A DNA stretch of 64,000 bases, from assembly GCA_049521175.1 (NCBI GenBank), contig JBEKPB010000012.1, positions 3,929 through 67,928 of the forward strand, given 5' to 3'. Made by a program: the position numbers and the translations under genes. The stretch comes from Candidatus Limnocylindrales bacterium (GTDB lineage: Bacteria > Chloroflexota > Limnocylindria > Limnocylindrales > CSP1-4). Below, piece by piece: positions 41,058 through 52,557 of the stretch (the stretch's first letter is position 1; every line of letters starts with the position of its first letter). The notes under the pieces are model-generated. The model worked only from the letters and a program-made list of their open reading frames with translations, did no database searches and was not told the origin of the DNA.

Positions 41058-41093
41058 TGGAGTTGTACTCTATATGGATAGACTGATACTCTA
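41058..41093. promoter_or_regulatory. Two putative TetR operators, TGGAGTTGTACTCTA and TAGACTGATACTCTA
   Basis: Related imperfect palindromes 21 bp apart in the divergent spacer. Confidence 0.6.
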
Positions 41094-41098
41094 CTGAC

Positions 41099-41731
41099 AT
41101 GGGCGATGTCAAAGAGAGGCCTACCCTGCGGGACGAGCGGGCAGGAGTAACCCGCCGGCGCATTGCCGATGCGGCACGGACTCTCTTCCGCACTCGCGGC
41201 TACGGCGCGTCCACGCTCCAGGCCGTCGCACAGGAGGCGGGCGTCGCGGTTCAGACCGTGTACGCGGTCTATGGTTCGAAGGCGGGGATCCTCCACGAGC
41301 TTCGCGACACGGTCCTGCGCCAACCGGCCGCCGAGGCGCTGTACGAGGATGCAATGCGAGAGCCCAGAGCGGAGCGGAAGCTCGAGTTGTTCGCGCGCTC
41401 GATCCGGCGACGCTGGGAGTTCGGGCACGATGTTGTCGCGATCCATCGCGACGCAGGCGCGACCGATCCGTCCGTGCGGGCCGAGGTTGAGCAGGTGCTC
41501 GACATGCGGCGCAACGGCATCGCTCGTCTGGCTCGTTCGCTTGAGACCGAGCTGACGCCTGGGATTGACGTTGCCTACGCGACGGCGGTCCTCGATGCGC
41601 TGACGTTGCCGGAAGTCTATGCAGAACTCACGGACAGCCAGGGATGGAGCGCCGAACAGTTCGAAGCATGGCTGGCGAGGTGCCTCAAGAACCAGCTGCT
41701 AGGAATACGGCCTCGAGCAGTCCGCACTTAG
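41099..41731 (+). CDS. TetR/AcrR-family regulator
   Basis: TRRRIADAA..LF..RGY...VAQEAGVAVQTVYAVYGSK. Confidence 0.93.
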   Translation: MGDVKERPTLRDERAGVTRRRIADAARTLFRTRGYGASTLQAVAQEAGVAVQTVYAVYGSKAGILHELRDTVLRQPAAEALYEDAMREPRAERKLELFARSIRRRWEFGHDVVAIHRDAGATDPSVRAEVEQVLDMRRNGIARLARSLETELTPGIDVAYATAVLDALTLPEVYAELTDSQGWSAEQFEAWLARCLKNQLLGIRPRAVRT

Positions 41732-41831
41732 GCGTCGTTCCCACTCACATCGTCGACACCATGACACCGTCGTGTCGTGGCCTCGTCAGCGACAGTCTCT
41801 CAAGGCTGTGCCGTTCACCTAGACTTGTCGC

Positions 41832-42758
41832 ATGGACGTGCAGACGAGCCAGGCAGCGCTCACAACGGACGGTCCGGCGATCCATATCGAGGGCCTAGTC
41901 AAGGACTACGGCGCGGTGCACGCAGTTCGGGGGATCAACCTCGACGTGCGTCGCGGCGAGGTTTTCGGTTTCCTTGGACCGAACGGCGCAGGCAAGACCA
42001 CCACGATCCGCTGCCTGCTCGACCTGCTCCGGCCGACCGCGGGACGCGTCGATGTCCTAGGCCTTGACCCGCGACGGGACAACCTTGCCCTCCGTCGCCG
42101 GGTCGCTTACATGCCCGGGGAGCTACGCCTGCCCGAAAGAATGACTGGCGCGGGATTGGTCGCGGCCATCAGCCGTCTGCGCGGCGGCCTCGACACACGG
42201 CGGCGAGATTCACTGGCGGCACGTCTGGACCTCGATCTCTCACGGCGCCTGCGGGACCTCTCGAGCGGCAATCGGCGCAAGGTCGCCCTGCTGCTGGCGT
42301 TCGTCGTCGAAGCGGAACTGCTCGTTCTCGACGAGCCGACAAACGGGCTCGACCCGTTGATGCAGCGTGAGTTTCTGGCGCTCGTTCGGGAAGCAAAGGC
42401 ACAGGGCAGGACCATCTTCCTCTCATCGCATGTGCTAAGTGAAGTGCAGCGAGCCGCCGACCGCGTGGCCGTCCTGCGTGGGGGCACCCTGCTTGCGGTC
42501 GGCGGCGTGGACGAGCTGCGGCGACGAGCGCGTCAGCGCGTTGAAGTGTGGTTCGACGGCCCGGCGCCGGTAGAAGAACTAGCGGCGCTGCCGGAACTCG
42601 TGGACCAACACACGGAAGACCATCGGTTCACGGCATTGCTGGCTGGATCTATCGAGCCGCTCCTCGCGGTTCTCGCCGGACAGCATGTCGTGAGCCTGCT
42701 CGTAGAGGAGCCCGATCTGGAGGAGGCATTCCTGGACCTCTACGAGGCGGCGTCATGA
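41832..42758 (+). CDS. ABC-2 type exporter, ATP-binding protein
   Basis: GPNGAGKTT, LSSG, LDEP and SSH. Confidence 0.95.
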   Translation: MDVQTSQAALTTDGPAIHIEGLVKDYGAVHAVRGINLDVRRGEVFGFLGPNGAGKTTTIRCLLDLLRPTAGRVDVLGLDPRRDNLALRRRVAYMPGELRLPERMTGAGLVAAISRLRGGLDTRRRDSLAARLDLDLSRRLRDLSSGNRRKVALLLAFVVEAELLVLDEPTNGLDPLMQREFLALVREAKAQGRTIFLSSHVLSEVQRAADRVAVLRGGTLLAVGGVDELRRRARQRVEVWFDGPAPVEELAALPELVDQHTEDHRFTALLAGSIEPLLAVLAGQHVVSLLVEEPDLEEAFLDLYEAAS

Positions 42759-43561
42759 GAGGGCGGTGGGCCGAGCTCGTCGGCGGTCCGTTCCGTGCCT
42801 CGTGGCGGGCCGGCCTTGGCTGGAGCATCGCGCTCGTGGTGCTGATCGTTAGCACGGTGGCCTTCTGGCCAGCCTTCCGGGGCGCCTCCGGCATCACGCA
42901 GGCGATCGATCAGATGCCCGCGCCGCTGCTTGACGCCTTCGGCTTACAAGGCCTCGGGACCCCCGCCGGCTACCTGAGAGGTGGCCTGTACGAGTTGCTG
43001 ATACCGCTCGTGTTCGCCGCTGCCGCCGTCCTGTTCGCCAACAGTGCGACCGCGGGCGAGGAGGACGCCGGGCGCCTCGAGCTGTTCGTCTCCCAGCCTG
43101 TCTCGCGGGTCGCCTTCTTCGCCGGTCGCAGCGTTGCCGTCTTCGCCTGGCTCGCCGTGCTCACGCTCGTGGCGCTAGCTTCGCAGCTGGCCTCGGATCA
43201 GATATTCGGTGTGCCGATCGACGCCGGACCGGTGATAGCCACGGTCGTGCTATGCGGGCTGTTGGGCGCGTTCGTGGCCGGCGTGTGTCTGACCGTGGCT
43301 GGTCTCGTCGCCCGACCGCAGCTAGTTCAATCGGTCGGCTTCAGTGTGGCTTACCTCAGCTACCTGATCCTGGCGCTCTTCCCGCTCAGCTCGCTCCTCG
43401 CCCCCTGGCGCCAGATCGCGCCGTGGGGCTGGGCGCTCGGCGGCGACCCCCTCGTCAACGGTGGCGAGATCTGGCGCTACCTCCTACTGGGCGGGCCCGC
43501 CGTCCTTCTCGCAGTCGTCGGCGCTCTCGCGTTCGAGCGGCGCGACATCCGGTCGGCGTAG
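42755..43561 (+). CDS. ABC-2 type exporter, permease
   Basis: ATGA overlap, about 6 TM, AGEEDAGRLEL and FERRDI. Confidence 0.9.
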   Translation: MRGRWAELVGGPFRASWRAGLGWSIALVVLIVSTVAFWPAFRGASGITQAIDQMPAPLLDAFGLQGLGTPAGYLRGGLYELLIPLVFAAAAVLFANSATAGEEDAGRLELFVSQPVSRVAFFAGRSVAVFAWLAVLTLVALASQLASDQIFGVPIDAGPVIATVVLCGLLGAFVAGVCLTVAGLVARPQLVQSVGFSVAYLSYLILALFPLSSLLAPWRQIAPWGWALGGDPLVNGGEIWRYLLLGGPAVLLAVVGALAFERRDIRSA

Positions 43562-43868
43562 GGCACCGTCCATCGTCGCTGGTCCGAGACCCCGTCTCGC
43601 GCTCTCTCGATGTCGTCTCATAGCACGCTCGGAAGCCCGCACGATGGCTGATTCGTGGGGGATGGCAGCTTTGGTGGCTTGGTTCGGTGACGCAACCCGT
43701 GGCCATTCCTTCGAGGTTCGGTCGCCAGCTGTGGCAAGGCGCCGGATCTCGGTCCTGCCGGAAATCCGCGATGAAGTCGAAGTCCGCATCCGCCGCGAGG
43801 CCCTGACCGCCGCCAGCCTGTTGCATGACTAGATGGGCCGGCCTGGCGTCGGCGACTCGGAACGTGCT

Positions 43869-46103
<2,235 letters not shown>

Positions 46104-46638
46104 CGGTCGGATTCCTTCTCCGCGATAGCCAACGCGAGCCCCTCATCACACTGGACCGAGGCCGATGAAAGCCCGACTGGAGAGTCGATCATCAACACCG
46201 GCAACGCCAGCGCGCCGCGAGGGCGGATCCCCGGTCTCTGAAGCCGGTTATGGCGTCGGCCGCGGCCTCCGGATAGCCGACCTCCCCAGAAGCGGCATTG
46301 CCCCCGTCGCTGCGCGACGCAATCCCATCGATATCGTTCATGTGCGGCTTCCCGAGCCCCCAGCGTGTGTCAGGACCGCCCCGGTCCTCCCCGTCCCAGA
46401 TCGGAGCGATCGACCCTCGGCGCAGCATAGACATGCCTCCCCTTTCCGCCCGCCCACGGAATTGACCAGCAGTCTATGGCGTAGGGCCAAGGCGGTCATC
46501 ACGAACCTGACGTAGGTCTGGTGCGTTGACGCAGCGCCGGGCCGCGTCGGCCGTGGGCCAGTTCGCATCGAGCACTCCGCCCGCTCCCGGCTCGCCCGCG
46601 CTGGACGTTCGTGGAAGAGCCCGCAGGCGACGGAACCC

Positions 46639-47211
46639 GTGCACGCTATCGATCGTCCAATCGGCGTGATCAGAGCTTCGATCTTCGTGCTCGCTCTACT
46701 GGCTGTTGCCGGATGCGGCGCGCCGGTCGCGACCGCAGGTGCCACATTCCAATCGCCGGCCTCGGTCATGGCCGTCGCGGATGCCCAGGCTGTGCCGATA
46801 CCCGGGTTCCCCAACGCCGTCATCGTCAGCGCGACTATCACCAACGGAACCGGACGCGACGATAAGCTCCTCGGAGGGTCGTCCCCGGTCGCGACGGCCG
46901 TGGGCCTCTACGCGACGTGCTCGTGCATGCCACCCGAACCCACGGACCCTGTCACCGGAATATCAGGTCTCGCGCAGATGCCGTGGTTGCTGATTACGGC
47001 CGGCGAGACAGTCCAGCTCATAGCGGGCGACGGCGAGATGGTCCTGAGCGGTCTGTCGGCACCTCTGACCGCCGGCCAGACGGTCGAGGTGACCTTCAAG
47101 TTCGCCTACGCCTCTCCCGTCACCGTCGAGATCCCGGTCGTCTCCGGCATCGGCGCGGAGGCGACCACACGTCCCGAGCCACCTCATGGTGGAGTGGAGG
47201 TCACCAACTGA
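46639..47211 (+). CDS. PCu(A)C-like lipoprotein with non-canonical metal ligands
   Basis: Lipobox LAVAGC; ITNGTGRDDKLLGGSSPVA...AGETVQL...PLTAGQTVEVTFKF matches the PCuAC pattern. Confidence 0.7.
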   Translation: MHAIDRPIGVIRASIFVLALLAVAGCGAPVATAGATFQSPASVMAVADAQAVPIPGFPNAVIVSATITNGTGRDDKLLGGSSPVATAVGLYATCSCMPPEPTDPVTGISGLAQMPWLLITAGETVQLIAGDGEMVLSGLSAPLTAGQTVEVTFKFAYASPVTVEIPVVSGIGAEATTRPEPPHGGVEVTN

Positions 47212-47361
47212 CAGCGGATTGGACGCACGTCAAGTCTTGGCGACAGGCGGCTCGAGGGCGCACCCACCAACGGATCCTGGCGGGCTGGCGTTTTACGCGG
47301 AAGTCGATGCGTGGTCCAAGCATGGCCCCGGAACGCATAGCAGAGCAGAGGGAGGCGTCGA

Positions 47362-47928
47362 ATGCATAGACGGCGCGTTGAGGAGTTCGCTGTTGGGCTG
47401 GCGGCAGTCGCATTGGCTTTGGGGATGGCTGGTTGTGGTGCCGGACCTGCAGCTCCGACAGGGACAGCGGCGCCAGCGCGAGCCGAGGACGCCCAGGGGC
47501 GGTACCGGCTGGTGTTCGAGCTGCCCAGGACTGACTGGCACACGAGCGACTCGATCACAGGCGTGGCGACTCTCTCACTCACCGGGTCCGGCGGCGCCGA
47601 CTTCGGCTCCTCGGGCGGTGGACCGCTGGGGTTCGGGTTCGACGAGGTGGGCGGCACCAGGCAGATGGGTCCGGCCTGGACCTCAAACTGCAAGTCCTCC
47701 CATCTCGATGCCGGCCAGTCGATCTCATCGCCGATCGGGAAGTCCGGCGGGTTCAACGGCGAGGACCCGAATGCCGGCTTCTACCGCTCGTTCTTCGCGG
47801 ACCCGCTGGTCCATTTGCCGGCAGGCGACTGGACGATTACGGCTGTCGCATCGTTGGTCGAAGGCTCCGGCTGCTCAGGTGCGAGCTACACCCTGAGGGC
47901 AGCCGTTCTCGTGCATGTGACTGCGTGA
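47362..47928 (+). CDS. Hypothetical lipoprotein (beta-rich)
   Basis: GGAGG RBS; lipobox LGMAGC; two further Cys. Confidence 0.75.
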   Translation: MHRRRVEEFAVGLAAVALALGMAGCGAGPAAPTGTAAPARAEDAQGRYRLVFELPRTDWHTSDSITGVATLSLTGSGGADFGSSGGGPLGFGFDEVGGTRQMGPAWTSNCKSSHLDAGQSISSPIGKSGGFNGEDPNAGFYRSFFADPLVHLPAGDWTITAVASLVEGSGCSGASYTLRAAVLVHVTA

Positions 47929-48182
47929 CGCCGGGCCGAACCTGGTGCCCCAAGGGGAATCGGCCCTACACCATACGGGTGAAGATAAGGAGCGGACTGT
48001 CTGGTGCCCGGCGCGACGGATCTCGGCTTGACGTGGTCTAGGGACCAGGCCGACGATGGCATCTCGCAAACCAGGGAACGGATTAGGGCTACCAGGGTCG
48101 CAGAGCCGCAACGCAGTGTGACCGACCGGCACCTCGCTCTCACCGGGATCGGCTCTGCCTGTTTCCTGGCGACTGCTAGAGG

Positions 48183-48623
48183 ATGGCTGCAGTGTCGGAA
48201 GTGAGGCTACTCAACCGGCTCGTGTGGGCGCCGGTAGGGCCACGATGGTTGTGGGCGGCTGGAGTGGGTATCGGTCTGGTCGGCGGTATCGCCACACTGG
48301 AGCTAAACCCGTTCCTCGCCATACCTCTTGCCATGGCTTGGGTCTATGTCGGATTCAGAAAGCCTCCCCTCGTGGGCGTCGCTGGCGCTCTGGTAGGGCA
48401 TGGAACTGCCTGGATCTGGCTGCTGCTGACCGCCGGCATGGGCTGTGCGTCCACCTGCTGGTGGTCCCTACCGTACGGGCCGACCCATACCTTGGACGAC
48501 ACGGATGCATGGCGGGCGTCAGAATGGCAATGGATTACCTTTTCTGCAGTATTGCTGATCTTGGGCATCGTCCTGACCGTCCAACTCGCGCGGCGCCTCC
48601 GTGGGCCGCGGGCTGCGCGGTAG
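48183..48623 (+). CDS. Hypothetical membrane protein
   Basis: About 4 TM helices, Trp-rich; lower GC than surroundings. Confidence 0.6.
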   Translation: MAAVSEVRLLNRLVWAPVGPRWLWAAGVGIGLVGGIATLELNPFLAIPLAMAWVYVGFRKPPLVGVAGALVGHGTAWIWLLLTAGMGCASTCWWSLPYGPTHTLDDTDAWRASEWQWITFSAVLLILGIVLTVQLARRLRGPRAAR

Positions 48624-48747
48624 CCCGCCACGATTGCCGGTAGCGCCGAAACGGATCGGTGTCGGCGGTCGCTCTGGAGTTGAGCCTCCGACCGACGCCG
48701 AGGTTGAGCTTGAGCGCGCCTCGCAGCTGGCGGCGCCTCCCTGGAGG

Positions 48748-49170
48748 CTAGTGCGCGACCGTCTCCGGTTCCTCGACCGCGGGCGGGATGCCAAGGACCT
48801 CCCGGGCCCGGTTCTCTTTGTCCACCGAAAGCGCCCAGGTCGCAATGCCGTTGGCTCGACCCAGAATGCAGCAGCCCTTGATGTTGACGCCGGCGTGGGC
48901 GAGCCGGTCGCTGACCTCGCCCAGGGCGCAGGCCGTGTCTTCGATCTCGATGGTCAAACCCGGACCGGCCACGAAGGGGTAGCCCATGCTCTTGAGGACC
49001 TCGGTCGTGTCGTCATCGCAGCAGTCGGTGTATATCTCAGTGCATGTGAGGTTGCCGGCGGTGGTTTGATGGACCTGGACGATGTTGACGCCGCGCGCAC
49101 ACAGGGCCTTGGCCAGATGGGCCAGCTCGCCCGGTCGATTTGGCAGCTGGACGACGAATTGCTGGCTCAT
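48748..49170 (-). CDS. Tandem ACT-domain protein, Cys-rich
   Basis: LPNRPGELAHLAKAL...GVNI and IEDTACALGEVSDRLAHAGVNI; GGAGG RBS; ATGA overlap with the hypA-like gene. Confidence 0.85.
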   Translation of the reverse strand: MSQQFVVQLPNRPGELAHLAKALCARGVNIVQVHQTTAGNLTCTEIYTDCCDDDTTEVLKSMGYPFVAGPGLTIEIEDTACALGEVSDRLAHAGVNIKGCCILGRANGIATWALSVDKENRAREVLGIPPAVEEPETVAH

Positions 49171-49439
49171 GTCTTCCTCCCGGCTTCGGCTGTGGCTCGT
49201 TCGACGTCCATGGCGGCCAGGCGCAGACCATCGCCGGGCGTTCGTTCGATCACTAGATCGGCGCCCTGCGCGCACGACCCGACGGAAACCTCGCTCCAGG
49301 CGAAACGCAGCGCTTCCTCGGTGTGTTCGTCATCCTCGCCGAGCAGGACGTGAACCGCGGCGACGCGCGTGATTCCGAGCGCGACCGCGCGCTCCGACAC
49401 CTTGTCGAGCACGGCCTGGGCGAGCATGGCTTGATGCAT
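49167..49439 (-). CDS. HypA/HybF-like nickel metallochaperone lacking the zinc finger
   Basis: MHQ N-terminus, VHVLLGE, EALRFAW, AQGADLVIE, then GDGLRLAAMDVE with no CxxC pairs. Confidence 0.75.
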   Translation of the reverse strand: MHQAMLAQAVLDKVSERAVALGITRVAAVHVLLGEDDEHTEEALRFAWSEVSVGSCAQGADLVIERTPGDGLRLAAMDVERATAEAGRKT

Positions 49440-49442
49440 TTC

Positions 49443-49964
49443 CTACCCCGTCCCGTCCAGGAGGTCGATGACAGCCCCGGCTGCCGCAGGTATGGCGGCG
49501 GCGACCTCGGGGCTCAGGCTCTCGCTGAACTCGTCGGTTCGATGGGCCTGGACGGTTACCGCGTAGATGCTCGCCGGAAGCGCCGCTCCGAGGCGCCGGC
49601 CCAGCGCCAGCGCGGTGCGAAGCGAGGCATCGTGAGCCGAGTCCAGGTGGCCCGCCGCGAATTCGGCCAGGTCTTCGAACGAACACGAGCGTACCTCGCC
49701 GGCGGGCCGGCCGGGGAACTCGGCGGCGTCCACCAGGATGGCCGCCTCGTAGCCGGTGAGGCACTCCATGAGGCGCAGGCCCCCGACGCCGAGGCGTTCG
49801 ATCTCGACGCCGGGGCGGCCAGGGGGGATTGCCCGGTCGGCGTGAAGCAAGGCTTCGACTTCGTCGGCGACGCGCCAGCCCACGCCGTCGTCGCCGAGCA
49901 GGGGGTTGCCCAACCCGATGACGACGGTCCGGGGCTGCGGGTCGGCTGATGGCTGGTCGGCCAC
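49443..49964 (-). CDS. Hydrogenase maturation protease
   Basis: VIGLGNPLLGDDGVG, ILVDA and SAHD. Confidence 0.93.
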   Translation of the reverse strand: MADQPSADPQPRTVVIGLGNPLLGDDGVGWRVADEVEALLHADRAIPPGRPGVEIERLGVGGLRLMECLTGYEAAILVDAAEFPGRPAGEVRSCSFEDLAEFAAGHLDSAHDASLRTALALGRRLGAALPASIYAVTVQAHRTDEFSESLSPEVAAAIPAAAGAVIDLLDGTG

Positions 49965-49977
49965 GCGGGTATCCGAT

Positions 49978-51465
49978 CTAGCAGTTCTGGGAGAGGACCT
50001 CGATGACCTCGCCGTCCGAGTTGCGAATCGCGACCTGGAGCGGCATCTCACCGGGGAATGAGTGAGTGGCGCAGCCGAAGCATGGGTCGTACAGGCGGAA
50101 TGCCATTTCGACCCGGTTCAGCAAACCCTGATGAACGACCGTGCCGTTGTGGATCAGGCTCTGGGCGGCCTTCTTGATCGACATCGCCATTGGCGCGTAG
50201 TTGTTGGTCGTGCCCACGACCAGGTTGACCGCGGTCAGGATGCCGCGTTCATCTGTCCAGTAGTGGTGGGTGAGCGTGCCGCGCGGCGCCTCGACCGTGC
50301 CGACGCCCTCGGTCGGCTTCTCGGTGGGGACGGTGCGGACGTTCGGTGACGTGATCTCCGGATCCGTGGCCAGCTCTACCATCCGCTCGGCCGCGTACAG
50401 CAGCTCGATCAGCCGAGCCCAGTGCGTGGCCAGTCGGTGATGGACTAGGCGCTTGCCGCCCGACTCCGGGGTGGGAGCCAGCGTGTCGTAGAAACGCTCG
50501 TAGGCGGCCTGGGCCAGCGGCGTGGCCATGCCGTCGGCGGTATTGAGCCGCGACAGGGGAGTCGCGCAGTAGACGCCGGACTCGGCTCCGTCGACGAATC
50601 CCTTCCAGCCGACCTTCTTCAGGTACGGGAACTTGAGGTACGTCCACGGCTCGACGTGCTCGGCGATCCAGTCCCGGTATTCGGCCGGGGCGTAGGTCCC
50701 GACGCGCGTGCCGTCGGGCGACATGATGCTGACGTTGCCGTCGTAGAAATTGACCTTGCCGTTCGGGTCGACGAGGCCCATGTAGTAGGTCCGGTGGGTG
50801 TAGCCGTCGGAGAGGACCATCTCCTTGTACTCGGCGTTGCCGAGGACGATCTGGTCGAAGATCCCCAGGCTGAACTGGGCGAACTCGATCGACCAGCGGC
50901 CGATCTTCTCGATCTCGGCCCGCTGCTCCTCGGTGATGCCCTGGGTCATCCCGCCCGGAACCGCGGTCGCGGGATGGATCTTCCTGCCGCCGATCATCTC
51001 GATGACGTGGTGGCCGTTCTTGCGGGCCTCGATGACCTTGCCGCCAACCTCCATGCCCACCTTGGCCAGCACGCCGAGGATGTTGCGCTCGGATGCTGGG
51101 GCGTCGGGACCGACCACGAAGTCCGGGCCGCCGAGGGCGTAGAAATGCGTGGTGTGATCGGTGACGTAGAAGGCGCTATAGAGCAGCTCGCGGAGGAGCT
51201 TAGCCGCCCGAGGCGGATCGACGTGATAGACCGCGTCGGCGGCCTTGGCGGCGGCCATGTGATGGGCTTCCGGGCATACGCCGCAGATGCGGTTGGTCAG
51301 CGTCGGCATCTCCTCGACCGGCCGGCCGACGCAGAAGCGCTCGAAGCCGCGCAGCTCGGGGATCTGGAAGTAGGCGTTCGCAACCTCGCCGTCCGGATCG
51401 AGGAATATCTCGATCTTGCCGTGGCCCTCGAGCCTGGTGACGGGGTCGATGGTGATTCGTTCCAT
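49978..51465 (-). CDS. mvhA: [NiFe]-hydrogenase large subunit, group 3c-like
   Basis: TRLEGHG, L1 RICGVCPEAH, EAPRG and L2 RLYDPCFGCATH plus cleavable C-terminal tail. Confidence 0.93.
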   Translation of the reverse strand: MERITIDPVTRLEGHGKIEIFLDPDGEVANAYFQIPELRGFERFCVGRPVEEMPTLTNRICGVCPEAHHMAAAKAADAVYHVDPPRAAKLLRELLYSAFYVTDHTTHFYALGGPDFVVGPDAPASERNILGVLAKVGMEVGGKVIEARKNGHHVIEMIGGRKIHPATAVPGGMTQGITEEQRAEIEKIGRWSIEFAQFSLGIFDQIVLGNAEYKEMVLSDGYTHRTYYMGLVDPNGKVNFYDGNVSIMSPDGTRVGTYAPAEYRDWIAEHVEPWTYLKFPYLKKVGWKGFVDGAESGVYCATPLSRLNTADGMATPLAQAAYERFYDTLAPTPESGGKRLVHHRLATHWARLIELLYAAERMVELATDPEITSPNVRTVPTEKPTEGVGTVEAPRGTLTHHYWTDERGILTAVNLVVGTTNNYAPMAMSIKKAAQSLIHNGTVVHQGLLNRVEMAFRLYDPCFGCATHSFPGEMPLQVAIRNSDGEVIEVLSQNC

Positions 51466-51471
51466 GCTTGG

Positions 51472-52557
51472 CTACTCCCCGTCGTTCTGCCAGGCCGAGC
51501 GGCCGCTGCGGAGTAGCGAGCCAGCCAGGCTGAAGCGGTAGAACTGGCCCACCGGGTCGGGGATGCCGTCGAGCACCTTGTCGATCTCCTCGGGCGTGTT
51601 CGCCTCGATCACCGAGGCGTAGGCCGACATCAGGCGGGCGCCGTAGTCGATGACTCCTTCCGCGGCCCCGTAGCAGCCGATGCACGGAGCGCTTACGGCG
51701 GGGCAGAGAGCGCCGCAACCGCTGCGGGTCGCCGGTCCATTACACGGCAGGCCTTGCTCCAGCAGGCAGATCTCCGGATCGAACCGCGCGACCTGCTGGA
51801 CCCGGACGAACTGCCTGATCCGCTTGACGTCTCGTTTGCGGGCGCACTCGTCGCATACGGTCGAGTCGCCGGCGCCCAGGACAGAGCCCTTTGGCGGAAG
51901 CGGCCCGGTGCCGTTCAGAGCCTTGACGACCGCCTCGAGCGCGGCCCAGATCTGCCCCGACTCGGGCGGGCAGCCGGGGATGGTGTAGTCCACGTCCACG
52001 ACCTGGTCGAGGGTCCGCAGCACGGGCTCGAACTCCGGCAGGTGGAGGACGCCTTCCGGCGCCTGGAATTCCCAGACCGGACGGAGGCCTTCGGGGTTGT
52101 CCGTGCTGGATGTGGAGAAGGCCGTGTCGATGATCTCCTTGCGGCTCGTCAGGTTGGCGAGGCCCGGGATGCAGCCTTCGCCCGCGCAGGAGCCGAACGA
52201 GACGAGGAGCTGCGACTTGCGCCGCAGGAGCCTGGCCAGGTGGATGGTCTCGTCCGTGCGCATGCTGCCCGACACGAGGGTGACGGCGATCTCGCCGTCG
52301 GCCATGGCTTCGATGTCGCTGTACTTGCCGTCCATGATGGTTGGCCACAGGACGATCTCGAAGGCCGCGGCGACCTCCACGATGTGCTCGTGGATGTTGA
52401 CGATGGCGATGTCGCAGCCGCCGCACGAGGCGGCGCCGAAGATCGCGAGCTTTGGCTTGCCGGCCGGCTTCGCGGCCGGTGCCGCGTGTTTCGAGGCCGG
52501 CTTAGCGGAGGGTGCCGCGGGCTCTGAGCCGCCGTTGTTGCGAGCGGTCGGGCTCAT
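51472..52557 (-). CDS. mvhG: [NiFe]-hydrogenase small subunit
   Basis: SCGGC, FGSCA, PGCPP, CDEC and CLLEQG..CNGPAT..GC..LCP....CIGC. Confidence 0.92.
   Translation of the reverse strand: MSPTARNNGGSEPAAPSAKPASKHAAPAAKPAGKPKLAIFGAASCGGCDIAIVNIHEHIVEVAAAFEIVLWPTIMDGKYSDIEAMADGEIAVTLVSGSMRTDETIHLARLLRRKSQLLVSFGSCAGEGCIPGLANLTSRKEIIDTAFSTSSTDNPEGLRPVWEFQAPEGVLHLPEFEPVLRTLDQVVDVDYTIPGCPPESGQIWAALEAVVKALNGTGPLPPKGSVLGAGDSTVCDECARKRDVKRIRQFVRVQQVARFDPEICLLEQGLPCNGPATRSGCGALCPAVSAPCIGCYGAAEGVIDYGARLMSAYASVIEANTPEEIDKVLDGIPDPVGQFYRFSLAGSLLRSGRSAWQNDGE

Noticed and set aside
43562-43868. Short ORF 43644-43832 after the ABC permease
   Set aside because: No family motif and a weak RBS; cannot be supported without homology data.
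46192-46434. 80-aa minus-strand ORF with GGAGG upstream of the hybrid kinase
   Set aside because: Composition is not domain-like; it may be leader sequence, and the evidence is insufficient.
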